Source: an uncultured bacterium
GTDB taxonomy: Bacteria; Acidobacteriota; Aminicenantia; UBA2199
DNA: 64,000 nt
Assembly: GCA_942492175.1 (NCBI GenBank)
Contig: CALODR010000004.1
Coordinates: 81,900-145,899, forward strand
Reading direction: 5' to 3'
In this document: positions 51,175-61,062 of the stretch, piece by piece
Position numbering within the stretch: position 1 is the first letter of the stretch
How the letters are laid out: each line of letters starts with the position of its first letter
The notes under the pieces: model-generated
Seen by the model: the letters and a program-made list of their open reading frames with translations, nothing else
Databases searched by the model: none
Told to the model about the DNA's origin: nothing
Translations under genes and position numbers: made by a program

Positions 51175-52218
51175 ATGATGAAAAATAAATTATTAATAAG
51201 TGTAATACTATTATTGTGGTTCTGCTTGACAGGAATGCAGGCACAAAACACAAAAGAGCTTCCAAAGGGTAATGAAATAAAAATAACCTATGTTGGCAAT
51301 TCAGGATTTTTGATCAATATCGGAGATAAGAAAATCCTTATCGATGCTTTGTTCAAAGGCTTTAAAGGACAGTACAATTTACCGCAAAAAGTTCAGGATA
51401 AACTAACGTCAGCTCAGGCACCCTTTGATGATGTGGATTTAATTCTGGTTACCCATGCTCATGGAGATCATATTAATCCCGAGATGGTGAGACAACATTT
51501 GAAAAACAATCCAAAAGCAATATTTGCATCCACCCAACAAATGGTTAAGGCACTAAATGGATCTACGGATCGCTGTATTGGATTTAACCCCACGAAAGAA
51601 AAATCAGAGAGTAAGGAAATAAATGGGATTAGTATAGAAACTTTTTTGCTCCCTCACGGTCCAAATTCAAAAATAGTAAATATCGGTTTTCTTGTTTCAG
51701 TAAATGGGATCACATTTTTTCAAACAGGTGATGCAGATTTTGACCAGTTTACTTTTGAAGAGTTTCGATCCCTTCAGTTGCCGGAAAAAAAAATAGACAT
51801 CGCCTTCATTCAACACTACTATTTCACCAGTGACCCTTCTTCAAGAAGGTTTATCGATAAAGGGATAGGGGGTAAATATAATATTCCAATTCATTACCAT
51901 TTTACAAATCCTCCATTTGATCAATCCACTATTTTACAAAATTATCCCGAGGCAATACTCTTCAAAGAGGAATTACAATCCTGGTGTATGCCTGATAAAA
52001 AAGATAAGTCTACTGTATTACAGGCAGATATAGTTTTGTCCTGGAATGAGTTTGACAAGAAAGTTGATCAACTGATTGATTCAGAGAAAAACACCGAGGC
52101 TATAAAGTTACTAAAAGAAAGCTTCAAAATTTACCCCAAAAAAGAATTTGAGATATATCAAAGTATAATCGATTCTATACGAAAGACTGGGAGAAATTCA
52201 AAATTCCGATTGATATGA
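51175..52218 (+). CDS. MBL-fold metallo-hydrolase, secreted
   Basis: 347 aa with a signal peptide. The metal-binding motif is in LILVTHAHGDHINPE, with downstream His and Asp residues (LPHGP, QTGDAD). Confidence 0.7.
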   Translation: MMKNKLLISVILLLWFCLTGMQAQNTKELPKGNEIKITYVGNSGFLINIGDKKILIDALFKGFKGQYNLPQKVQDKLTSAQAPFDDVDLILVTHAHGDHINPEMVRQHLKNNPKAIFASTQQMVKALNGSTDRCIGFNPTKEKSESKEINGISIETFLLPHGPNSKIVNIGFLVSVNGITFFQTGDADFDQFTFEEFRSLQLPEKKIDIAFIQHYYFTSDPSSRRFIDKGIGGKYNIPIHYHFTNPPFDQSTILQNYPEAILFKEELQSWCMPDKKDKSTVLQADIVLSWNEFDKKVDQLIDSEKNTEAIKLLKESFKIYPKKEFEIYQSIIDSIRKTGRNSKFRLI

Positions 52219-52985
52219 TGATTGAAGCCAATAATAAAGGGTATTTTTTCTGGTTCATCCCGAGAGAGAATCAATATAATCATTTCAGAAGAGAAGAGTG
52301 GTTTAAAAAAGCATTGGCCTTAAATAATACATTAAGGGATAAAGCTCAAACAAAGACAAAGTCTGTATATAAAATAGTCCTGCCGAAAGGGTTTGATGCC
52401 AAAAAGAAATACCCCCTGATTTTAATAATGCATGGTGGCAATCAGAATATTGAAATTACACAGAAACGGTGGAGATCCGATGAGCTCTATAAAAATAATA
52501 TTGTCGCTATTCTACAGTCCGGATGGACTGTTGCCACCAACAGGTTCAGATGGGATTTGTCAGGAAAGGGTATATTCCAGGAAGGAACTGCCATTGATGA
52601 AGTAAAACGGCTGTATAATGAGATTTTAGAAAAATACTCAAACAATATTGGCAAAATTATACTGGTGGGGTTTTCTCAGGGAGCCACGCTGGCAATGAAT
52701 ATGGCCATTTATAAGGATATTGACTGTCATGGGGTAATTGCCGGATGTCCTTTCACTGACATTGAAAAGGAACATTCTTTGGATCTGGAAAAACGGGATA
52801 TTCGGTTTTTCGTCTTTACCGGGGACAAAGATTTTGCATTCAAGAGAACTGAAAAAAGTATGGACATATTGAAACAGTCAGGTGTAAAGATGATTTTTAA
52901 AGTGAACAAAGACATGGGCCATCAGTTTTCCAAGGATATAGAAACCGATATCCATGAAGCACTGAAGTTAATACTTGAAAAATAA
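52215..52985 (+). CDS. Alpha/beta-hydrolase fold esterase (phospholipase/carboxylesterase-like)
   Basis: 256 aa with the nucleophile elbow GFSQGA, and downstream Asp and His (GDKD, MGHQF). The start overlaps the previous stop. Confidence 0.65.
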   Translation: MMIEANNKGYFFWFIPRENQYNHFRREEWFKKALALNNTLRDKAQTKTKSVYKIVLPKGFDAKKKYPLILIMHGGNQNIEITQKRWRSDELYKNNIVAILQSGWTVATNRFRWDLSGKGIFQEGTAIDEVKRLYNEILEKYSNNIGKIILVGFSQGATLAMNMAIYKDIDCHGVIAGCPFTDIEKEHSLDLEKRDIRFFVFTGDKDFAFKRTEKSMDILKQSGVKMIFKVNKDMGHQFSKDIETDIHEALKLILEK

Positions 52986-53110
52986 TTGTAAAGCAGAATT
53001 TCCCATAATTTTTTAAAAGGGAATTATAAATATTAATTTGCGTTTAAAGTAATTAAAATGACGATATCAAAAGATATTTTCAATAATGATATGAACAAGG
53101 AGATTAAGAT

Positions 53111-54478
53111 ATGATTGGGAAAAACATGAGAAATTTTCAGATTTTTACATCTGTTCTTTTAATGGTTTTTGTGACTTCTAACTCATTGGCTGTTAATGAA
53201 ATTACTGAAAGTGAAGCCGATAAATATATTGGTGCTTATGCAAAAAAGAATCTGTTCAGTGGCTCTGTGCTTATTGCACATGATGGGAAAATTATTTTAA
53301 AAAAAGGGTATGGTAAGGCGAATCATGAGTTTGATGTAGATAATAATTCTAAAACAAAATTCAGGATCGGATCGTTAACCAAACAATTTACTGCTGTGAG
53401 TATATTGATCCTCGCAGAAAAGAACCAGCTGGATGTGAATGATACGATCAGCAAATATATATCGGATTATCCTGATGGTAATAAAATAAAAATTGTACAT
53501 TTGTTAACTCATACTTCAGGTATTCCCGATCATACGGAATTGCCTGATTATAATAAAGGGAGGAGAGTATACCAACAGGAATTAATCGATACCATTAATA
53601 CTTTCAAAAATCTGCCTCTTGAATTTTCACCGGGTGAAAAGTTTAAATACAGCAGCTCAGGTTATATACTACTTGGTTATATAATTGAAAAAGTATCAGG
53701 GGTCTCTTATCAGGACTTTGTAAAAAACCATATTTTCAAACCTCTGAAAATGGATGATTCCGGTTTTGATGAATCTGATAAAGTAATAAAATTTAAGGCT
53801 GGTGGATATAATTTAGTTGATGGCAAAATTGTTAAAGCTGCATACAGAAATATTTCAAATGGTCATGCCTCGGGAGCATTATATTCAACGATTGAAGACC
53901 TTTATCTTTGGGACAGGGCACTTTACACTGATAGCCTGATCAGTTATGACTCATTGAAAAAAATGTTTACACCATATACAAAACATTATGGTTACGGATG
54001 GGGAATTGTTGACATCTTCGGCCATAAGATGGTCGGGCATAACGGAGAAACAGAAGGCTATAGTTCAAATATAACCCGGTTTGCAGATGCTGATCTTTGT
54101 ATAATTGTTTTATCAAATTTTGAGACAGCATCTGTTGGTAAAATTGCCATGGACCTGGCATCTATGATTCTTGAAGAAGATAAGAAGGAATCCGGATCCA
54201 AGAAAGCTTATGTAATAGACCCCGATATTTTGAAGGATTATACTGGTGAATATGAACTCAGACCAAATTTGATATTTTCAATAACTGAGGAAAATTCCAA
54301 TCTTTATTGCCAACTCACCGGCCAGGGAAAGCTAATGCTTTACCCTGAATCAGAATCAGTGTTTTTCCTCAAAGAGGTTCGGGCAAAGATCTCTTTCATC
54401 AGAGATGAAAATAATAATGTTGAAAAGCTGGTACTCCATCAGGGCGGAAGAGATACACCGGCGAAAAAAGTGAAATAA
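53111..54478 (+). CDS. Beta-lactamase-fold serine hydrolase with C-terminal DUF3471 domain, secreted
   Basis: 455 aa with a signal peptide. The SxxK motif is in FRIGSLTKQFTAVS, with YSSSGY (Y.S/N) and HNGETEG. The C-terminal ~100 aa is DUF3471-like (KDYTGEYELRPNLIFSIT...VEKLVLHQGGRD). Confidence 0.7.
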   Translation: MIGKNMRNFQIFTSVLLMVFVTSNSLAVNEITESEADKYIGAYAKKNLFSGSVLIAHDGKIILKKGYGKANHEFDVDNNSKTKFRIGSLTKQFTAVSILILAEKNQLDVNDTISKYISDYPDGNKIKIVHLLTHTSGIPDHTELPDYNKGRRVYQQELIDTINTFKNLPLEFSPGEKFKYSSSGYILLGYIIEKVSGVSYQDFVKNHIFKPLKMDDSGFDESDKVIKFKAGGYNLVDGKIVKAAYRNISNGHASGALYSTIEDLYLWDRALYTDSLISYDSLKKMFTPYTKHYGYGWGIVDIFGHKMVGHNGETEGYSSNITRFADADLCIIVLSNFETASVGKIAMDLASMILEEDKKESGSKKAYVIDPDILKDYTGEYELRPNLIFSITEENSNLYCQLTGQGKLMLYPESESVFFLKEVRAKISFIRDENNNVEKLVLHQGGRDTPAKKVK

Positions 54479-54598
54479 TCCACAGCGGATAGTTCCGGAA
54501 CTGTATCCCTGGTGATCTGTTGGCAACAAATTATACCTACTTCTCCGGTTTACATGGTTGAATTCAAGTGGGATCTGATTTACCATAAAGGAACTCCT

Positions 54599-56539
54599 AT
54601 GAAAAAATACAAAGAAGTGTTAATTATTGCTCTGATTCTTCTTATTCCGGCAATCCAGTTCTCCTCAGATTCAGGTGAGAAGATAAGAGATCTGGAATCC
54701 ACCCTTTCTGAAAAGTCCGGGAAAGAAAAGATCCGCGGACTTTCTTTGTTGACGGAATATTACAGCCAGGAAGAGCCGGAGAAGGCAAAGGTGTATGGGA
54801 AACAAGCGCTGACCTTGCTGGGCAAAGATCCGGATGATGAACGGAGAGCCGAAGTGTTGATCAGCCTGGCATCGGCATATAAAAATAAGGGGGAATATAA
54901 ACAGTCTCTCGCCTGCAGCCGGGAAGCGCTGGAACTGTCAAAAGGGAGCGGCAATGAGAAAGCCATGGCCCGGTCTCTGATCCTGGTGGGGATCAATCAC
55001 ATTTACACTTCGGAATATACAGATGCGCTGGAGTTTTTTAAAAGTGCATTGAAGGTCTTCACCCGTCTGGGAGGGAAGAAGGAAATTGCTTCCGCTTTAA
55101 ACAGTATCGGGATTACCTATGACCTGATGGGCGTTTATGAGTCGGCGCTGAATTACTATCTGCGGTCGCTGAAAATAAAAGAGGAGATCGGGGATCCGAA
55201 TCTGATTGCCTCCACATTGAACAACATCGGAGTACTGTACAATGTCCTAGACTTTCCGGACCAAGCTCTTCGGTATTTCCAGAGAGCTTTAAAGATCAAC
55301 CGTAAGATCAACAAGAAGAACAGCATTGCCATCTCCCTGACGAATATCGGGAATATTTATTACAAAAAAAAGGAATACAACAAAGCGCTTGCGAATTATC
55401 AGGAAGCCTATGGGATGGACAGGGAATTGGGGAACCAGAGTGGTATGTCCGATTCCCTGAATAATATCGGGCTCACTTTATACGGTGGGGGGCGGCTTGA
55501 AGATGCTATGAAATTTTATCAGCAGGCCCTGGCCATCCGTGAAAAAATGGGAGACAAGAGACTGATCGTCAGAACCTTGCTAAACATCGCTCAAGCCCAT
55601 GAGAGAAGCGGATCTGATTACCAGGCCGTTCAGGTGCTGAACAGGGTTCTTGCCATTGCCGGAAAGGTCAATATCCCCGGAGAGATGGCACCCGCTTATA
55701 AAGCGCTGTATCAGATCTATGAAAAAAAGAATGAAAAAGGCCGGGCTTTTAAATATCTGAAGAAATACCAGGCGCTGAACAGTGAGATTATGGAAAAAAA
55801 GTCACGGGAAAAAGTAATGGAAATCGAGAAGCGGACCCAGATGGAAAAAAAGGAGAAAGAAGTGGAATTGCTGAGGAAAAATGAGCAGATCCAGCAATTA
55901 ACCATCCGGAGGCAGAGACTGATAAAAAATGCCATTATTGCAGGCGCCATTCTGCTCTTACTCGTAGTCCTGGTCTTACTCTACCTGTACCGGTCCAAAC
56001 AGCGGATCAACAGAAAACTTGAGGCAGTAAATCAGAAACTGGACAGATCCGCCCGGTCGGATCCGCTCACCGGGTTGTCCAACAGAAGGGATATGATAGA
56101 AAAGATCGCCTATGAGCAGAACCGGATCTCACGGGCGGAGAATCCCTTTGCACTGGTGATCTGTGATGTGGATGATTTCAAATCCTTTAATGATACCCAT
56201 GGACATGACTGCGGCGATTTTATACTGAAAAAATTGGCGGAGGAACTGGGTTCATTGCTGAGGCAACAGGACACACTGGGACGATGGGGTGGAGAAGAGT
56301 TCCTCGTCCTTCTCCCGGAGACCACAGCAGAAGGTGCGATCACATTATCAGAAAAGATCCGGGAAACCATTGAGTCGAGTCGATTCCATTTCCAGGGCAT
56401 GCCTCTCTCCGTAACACTCACCTTCGGGGTGTGCGCGTGGGACGGAAACATGGAACTGGACGAATGTATCCGGCGCGCCGATGCCGCCCTCTATGAAGGG
56501 AAGAGAACGGGCAAAAACCGGGTAGTTTCTGCCTCTTAA
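54599..56539 (+). CDS. TPR-repeat/TM/GGDEF diguanylate cyclase
   Basis: The likely start is the ATG at 54599 (MKKYKEV, followed by a signal/TM segment). About 9 TPR units precede a TM helix (AIIAGAILLLLVVLVLLYLY). The GGDEF domain has the substrate-binding RSARSDPLTGLSNRR and the active site GGEEF. Confidence 0.75.
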   Translation: MKKYKEVLIIALILLIPAIQFSSDSGEKIRDLESTLSEKSGKEKIRGLSLLTEYYSQEEPEKAKVYGKQALTLLGKDPDDERRAEVLISLASAYKNKGEYKQSLACSREALELSKGSGNEKAMARSLILVGINHIYTSEYTDALEFFKSALKVFTRLGGKKEIASALNSIGITYDLMGVYESALNYYLRSLKIKEEIGDPNLIASTLNNIGVLYNVLDFPDQALRYFQRALKINRKINKKNSIAISLTNIGNIYYKKKEYNKALANYQEAYGMDRELGNQSGMSDSLNNIGLTLYGGGRLEDAMKFYQQALAIREKMGDKRLIVRTLLNIAQAHERSGSDYQAVQVLNRVLAIAGKVNIPGEMAPAYKALYQIYEKKNEKGRAFKYLKKYQALNSEIMEKKSREKVMEIEKRTQMEKKEKEVELLRKNEQIQQLTIRRQRLIKNAIIAGAILLLLVVLVLLYLYRSKQRINRKLEAVNQKLDRSARSDPLTGLSNRRDMIEKIAYEQNRISRAENPFALVICDVDDFKSFNDTHGHDCGDFILKKLAEELGSLLRQQDTLGRWGGEEFLVLLPETTAEGAITLSEKIRETIESSRFHFQGMPLSVTLTFGVCAWDGNMELDECIRRADAALYEGKRTGKNRVVSAS

Positions 56540-56659
56540 GATTCTGTTTCCGGGAATGCTTTTGTTTTATACCTTTTTTAGATCCATGGAACATCTCTCT
56601 TTCTCATCCGTATAAGAATATTGAGGGCCGCTTCAGGTTCCGATAGAAGGAGACACGAA

Positions 56660-58882
56660 ATGAATGGAATAAAAAACCGCTTACCCTTTGTGATGGCAGG
56701 ATTCTGCTTGCTTTTTGCAGCAGTTCTGACTGCTGAAGTTGATGTACCGAAAAACGATCTGGAAGTTCCAGTGGTGATCCATAAGACTGCTTCTCCTCCT
56801 GTGATCGACGGGAAGCTGGACGACCCGGTATGGAAGCAGGCCACCCGTTTTGACCGGTTCATTATCTTCAAACCGGATTACGGCAAACCGACCTCCGAGA
56901 AAACCATCGTGTTGATGACCTATGACCGTAAGAACATCTATTTCGGATTCGACTGCCGCGACAGCGAACCCTCCAGAATAAAGGCGGCCATGTCCAAACG
57001 GGACGGCATCGACATGGATGACTGGATCGGCATTGCACTGGACACCTACGGGGACAGGCAGGGGGGCTTCCTGTTCATGGTTAATCCGCTGGGGGTCCAG
57101 CAGGACGGCATGCTCAATGTTGACGGCAACGGGAATTCCAGTTTCGATACCGTCTGGAAGAGCAAGGGGATTATTACAAAAACGGGGTACACGGTGGAAG
57201 TCTCCATCCCGTTCAAAAGCCTGCGTTACCCCTTCAAAAAAAAGATATCCATGGGACTTCTGGCCACCCGCTACATCGGAAGAAAATCCGAACAGACCAG
57301 TTACCCCGAACTGAATCCCGAAGGGGGGGCCATCATGAACCAGACCCGGATGATCGAATTGAGCGGGGTAAAATTCGAAAGGCCGGTCGAATTCATTCCC
57401 GCCGTCACTTACGGACAGTCCAGCGTTCACAGCGGCGGCGCCCTGGCCTCGACGGGATCGGACACGGAATTCAGCCTGACCGGAAAACTGGGCCTAGCAT
57501 CCAACCTTACATTGGATGCCGCCTACAATCCCGATTTCAGCCAGGTCGAGGCGGATGCCGGCCAGGTGGACGTTAATCTGCGGTATTCCCTCCATTATTC
57601 GGAGAAACGCCCCTTTTTCCTGGAGGGGATGGAAAATTTCGACTTTGCTACCGCAATGGAACAGAATACTCTGGGAGCGGTCGTATACACCCGTACCATA
57701 GTCGATCCCCTGATGGGTCTGAAACTGACCGGCAGACTCGGTACATCCAACCTGGTATCGGGGATTTTCGCTTTGGACGAGTATCCCGGCGCCATGGCGG
57801 GTGAGGCGGGTGACACCGGTCGTGCGGGGAAGAACGCCACATTTTCGATACTCCGGTATAAGCGCCAGATGAGCAGGGACAATTTTCTCGGGTTCTTTCT
57901 TACCAACCGGAGTTGGAACGGTGAGAACAACAGCGTCACCGGAGTCGACGGCCGCTGGCGGCTGACGAAGACGAGTTTCCTGGAATACAGCGTGCTGGGG
58001 TCCCTCAGCCGTACGGCAGACGTCGAAGGCACTGATACTGGCCACTACATGGGTGTGAGGTACAATTACAATACACGGAACTGGAATATCGATCTCGGCC
58101 TGTTCGATCTGAGCACGGATTTCCGTATCGACACCGGGTATGTCACCCGCACCGGTATTACCATGGTGCCTGTCCTGTTCCAGCGTTACTGGTACCCTAA
58201 ATCCCGGTTTTTCCAGAAGCTTGAAGCATATTGGTGGGGGTATCATATCCTTGACAAGCCCAGTGACCTCTTCGAAACCTACAACCACCTGGTCTTCCGG
58301 GTGAGCATGCCCCGTCAGTCCCAGGTGCGGTTTGACTGGATCCTGGGAAACGAGGTGTTCTCCGGGGAACGTTTCAGTCTGAGCGGCTGGCGGGTCCGGG
58401 GGTACACCCAGATCCTCAAACAATTGTACCTGGAGGGTGGGTACCGACGTTCCGACAGAATTTATTATGATGATGAGGCGCCCTTCCAGGGGAAAGGCAA
58501 TACCGCCGATCTCTATATCCTGTACCAGCCCTTCGACAAACTCAGCTCGTCCCTGGGTGTCACCTACACCGATTTCTTCCGTTCTTCCGACGGGGAAAAA
58601 ATGTATGACTATACCATCTGGAGAAACCGCACCACGTTTCAGGTCAACCGCTATCTGTTCTTCCGCGGCATAGTCGAATACAACCACTACTGGAAAAAGA
58701 TCTATACGGACTTCCTGGCCTCCTTCACCTATATCCCAGGAACGGTCATTTATTTCGGGTATGGGTCGGTTTATGAGAAGGTCCGCTGGAGCAGCGAGGA
58801 CCGGGAATATTTCCCTTCGGACGATTATCTCATGACAAAGAGGGGCTTTTTCTTCAAGGCGTCCTATCTGTGGAGACTCTAG
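56660..58882 (+). CDS. DUF5916 / CBM9-like domain protein (second paralog), secreted
   Basis: An AAGGAG RBS precedes the ATG at 56660, followed by a signal peptide. It shares family motifs with 581-2845: ...IDGKLDDPVWKQA, IYFGFDCRD, VNPLGVQQDG, NPDFSQVEAD, EKRPFFLEG. GC content is markedly higher than the window average. Confidence 0.6.
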   Translation: MNGIKNRLPFVMAGFCLLFAAVLTAEVDVPKNDLEVPVVIHKTASPPVIDGKLDDPVWKQATRFDRFIIFKPDYGKPTSEKTIVLMTYDRKNIYFGFDCRDSEPSRIKAAMSKRDGIDMDDWIGIALDTYGDRQGGFLFMVNPLGVQQDGMLNVDGNGNSSFDTVWKSKGIITKTGYTVEVSIPFKSLRYPFKKKISMGLLATRYIGRKSEQTSYPELNPEGGAIMNQTRMIELSGVKFERPVEFIPAVTYGQSSVHSGGALASTGSDTEFSLTGKLGLASNLTLDAAYNPDFSQVEADAGQVDVNLRYSLHYSEKRPFFLEGMENFDFATAMEQNTLGAVVYTRTIVDPLMGLKLTGRLGTSNLVSGIFALDEYPGAMAGEAGDTGRAGKNATFSILRYKRQMSRDNFLGFFLTNRSWNGENNSVTGVDGRWRLTKTSFLEYSVLGSLSRTADVEGTDTGHYMGVRYNYNTRNWNIDLGLFDLSTDFRIDTGYVTRTGITMVPVLFQRYWYPKSRFFQKLEAYWWGYHILDKPSDLFETYNHLVFRVSMPRQSQVRFDWILGNEVFSGERFSLSGWRVRGYTQILKQLYLEGGYRRSDRIYYDDEAPFQGKGNTADLYILYQPFDKLSSSLGVTYTDFFRSSDGEKMYDYTIWRNRTTFQVNRYLFFRGIVEYNHYWKKIYTDFLASFTYIPGTVIYFGYGSVYEKVRWSSEDREYFPSDDYLMTKRGFFFKASYLWRL

Positions 58883-59492
58883 AGTACTGTATTCCCTTTT
58901 TTGTTATCTATCTTGCCATGGGGGGGATATGAAGGTTCTTATAGGTTTGGGGATGTCTTCTTTTCCGACTCTGCAAGGAATCCGGATGGAAGTATATATC
59001 TTCTGGACGGGGACAGAGTTACTGTTTACCGGTTTGATAAGTCAGGCAATCTGTTCGGATCCTTCCTGAAGAAAGTGGAATGGAAGGAATTGCTGAAAGG
59101 TACCCGCTAGCCTTAAATTTTTATATATTTCAAACGACAACTTTCCGGTGTACTTCTCCCCTATTGCCGGGAGTATGAATTTTATCAAAAGTTTTTTTAT
59201 GGTTTTCTTTCAGTTTTTTCCCAACCGGCACTTCCGCATTACTGTCTTGCCCTAACGAATCATGACATATTGTTTAAATCATACAAATTGATCAAAATTA
59301 CCGATATTAAGAAATGATTTCGTGGGTTTATCAAGAGTCAAACTCAGGATGAAGCCTGATAATAAAATAAACGTTCGTAATAGAACATCAACTGTCCGTT
59401 TCCGGTCAATTTAAGTGCTAAAATCCTTCTTATAAAGTAAATGTCCAAAGGAATTACATCTTGGAATGAAATTTGCATTTAAGAATCTATGA

Positions 59493-61058
59493 ATGGAGGA
59501 TATGATGAAGAATATTTTATTAATAGTTCTGTGTCTGGTTATTTATACAGATTCTTTGATTTCTTTAGATACAAATAATAATCTAAAATTGCAGGATAGT
59601 ATAACCTATGCACTGAAAAACAATATTGATCTTAAAATCGAGATACTTGACTATAAGATCAGCAATAAAGATGTATCTGCCGGAAAAGCTCTGTTTATTC
59701 CCACTTTGTTGCTTAATGCGGAGAAAACCAAAACCAAAAACCCATCTTCTTCTTTATTGGACGGGGCTGATATTTCAGAATCTCAATCACTGGCATTTAA
59801 CTTTAAGCTTGAACAAAATTTGCCTTTTGGAGGAAATGCCAGTTTATATTTCAATGAAAACAGAAATGAAACAAATAACAGTTTTGCTAATTTAAACCCT
59901 CAATTTAATGCCCTGGTCCAGTTTAGCCTGACTCAGCCTCTGCTCAAAGGTTTCGGCAGCACAGTTACCAGAAAAAACATTCTGATATCTATACAAACTA
60001 ATAAAGGTTCATTTTTCAGATTAAAAGAAAAGGTGCTGGAAACTGTATATAATGTTGAGAACGCATATTGGGATCTGGTTTATTTCAGATTATTTTACAA
60101 GGTAAAAGAAGAAAGTCTCAAAGCTGCCAAAGATCTGGAAGCAATAAATTTGAAAAAATTGAAGGTGGGAACGATCCCGGAATTAGAAATTTTAATAGCT
60201 AAATCTGAAGTTGCAAATAAGCAGAGTGAGATCATTAAAGCAGAATCTTCGATCAGGGATGCCGAAGATAATCTGATGACTATAATGAACCTTCATGATG
60301 ACGGGGAAAAATGGAAAAACAAAATTATACCTGTTGATGATCCGGAGGACGCCTATTCTTATAATATCCCTTCAATGGAAGAAGCTGTCAGTATTGCAAG
60401 AGAAAATGACCCGTTGATCAAAAGACTTGAACATGAACTGAAGGCTAAAGGGATAGAGGTGAAATATAGAAAAAACATGATGCTTCCGGAGCTTAATTTT
60501 AATTTTAATTACTGGACAACAGGTATTTCCGGTGACGAAATAATATATGAAGGTAGTGGATTTGAACGTAATCCTGTTAATATCGTAAGTAGAAATTTGT
60601 GGGTTTCGATACAGGACTCGTTAAAAGCAATTTATAATAACTGGAACATAAATTTTAATTTAAGAATACCTCTGACATTTAAGGAATCAAAAGCCAACTA
60701 TGCAATAGCAAAAATGGAATTTGAAAAGGCAGAACTGAATATAAGAAACGCACAGCAATCGGCATTTAAAGAAATCCATCAATCCCTGAGAGATGTGGAG
60801 ACAAACAAGAAAACACTTGAGGCTTATAAAGTATCAAGAAAACTTTCAGAAGCTCAACTAAATGCAGAAGAAAAAAAATTTAAAGCTGGGCTGAGTACAA
60901 ATTATAATGTGTTAAAAGCTCAGGAAAATCTTGAAGAAAACAGATCATATGAGATAAAGGCGATTATTGATCTTAATAAATCGATCCTGAATCTTCAAAA
61001 AAATCTCGGTATACTATTACAGGAAAAAGGGATTCAGTTCAAACCTGAATTATATTAA
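59493..61058 (+). CDS. TolC-family outer-membrane efflux protein
   Basis: 521 aa with a signal peptide. The duplicated TolC halves each begin with the typical L.L.D.I..AL.NN.DL motif, and helical/coiled segments follow. Confidence 0.7.
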   Translation: MEDMMKNILLIVLCLVIYTDSLISLDTNNNLKLQDSITYALKNNIDLKIEILDYKISNKDVSAGKALFIPTLLLNAEKTKTKNPSSSLLDGADISESQSLAFNFKLEQNLPFGGNASLYFNENRNETNNSFANLNPQFNALVQFSLTQPLLKGFGSTVTRKNILISIQTNKGSFFRLKEKVLETVYNVENAYWDLVYFRLFYKVKEESLKAAKDLEAINLKKLKVGTIPELEILIAKSEVANKQSEIIKAESSIRDAEDNLMTIMNLHDDGEKWKNKIIPVDDPEDAYSYNIPSMEEAVSIARENDPLIKRLEHELKAKGIEVKYRKNMMLPELNFNFNYWTTGISGDEIIYEGSGFERNPVNIVSRNLWVSIQDSLKAIYNNWNINFNLRIPLTFKESKANYAIAKMEFEKAELNIRNAQQSAFKEIHQSLRDVETNKKTLEAYKVSRKLSEAQLNAEEKKFKAGLSTNYNVLKAQENLEENRSYEIKAIIDLNKSILNLQKNLGILLQEKGIQFKPELY

Positions 61059-61062
61059 TAAG

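Noticed and set aside
56681-58687. Very long minus-strand ORFs (249 aa and 397 aa) inside the second DUF5916 gene
   Set aside because: They are typical spurious antisense ORFs generated by GC-rich coding sequence. The plus-strand product has clear family motifs and a signal peptide, and the minus-strand translations are low-complexity.
58901-59110. 69-aa ORF downstream of DUF5916 copy 2 with weak resemblance to a beta-propeller blade (GSIYLLDGDRVTVYRFDKSGNLFGSF)
   Set aside because: It is too short and the similarity too weak to call. It could be a gene remnant but I cannot support it as a feature.
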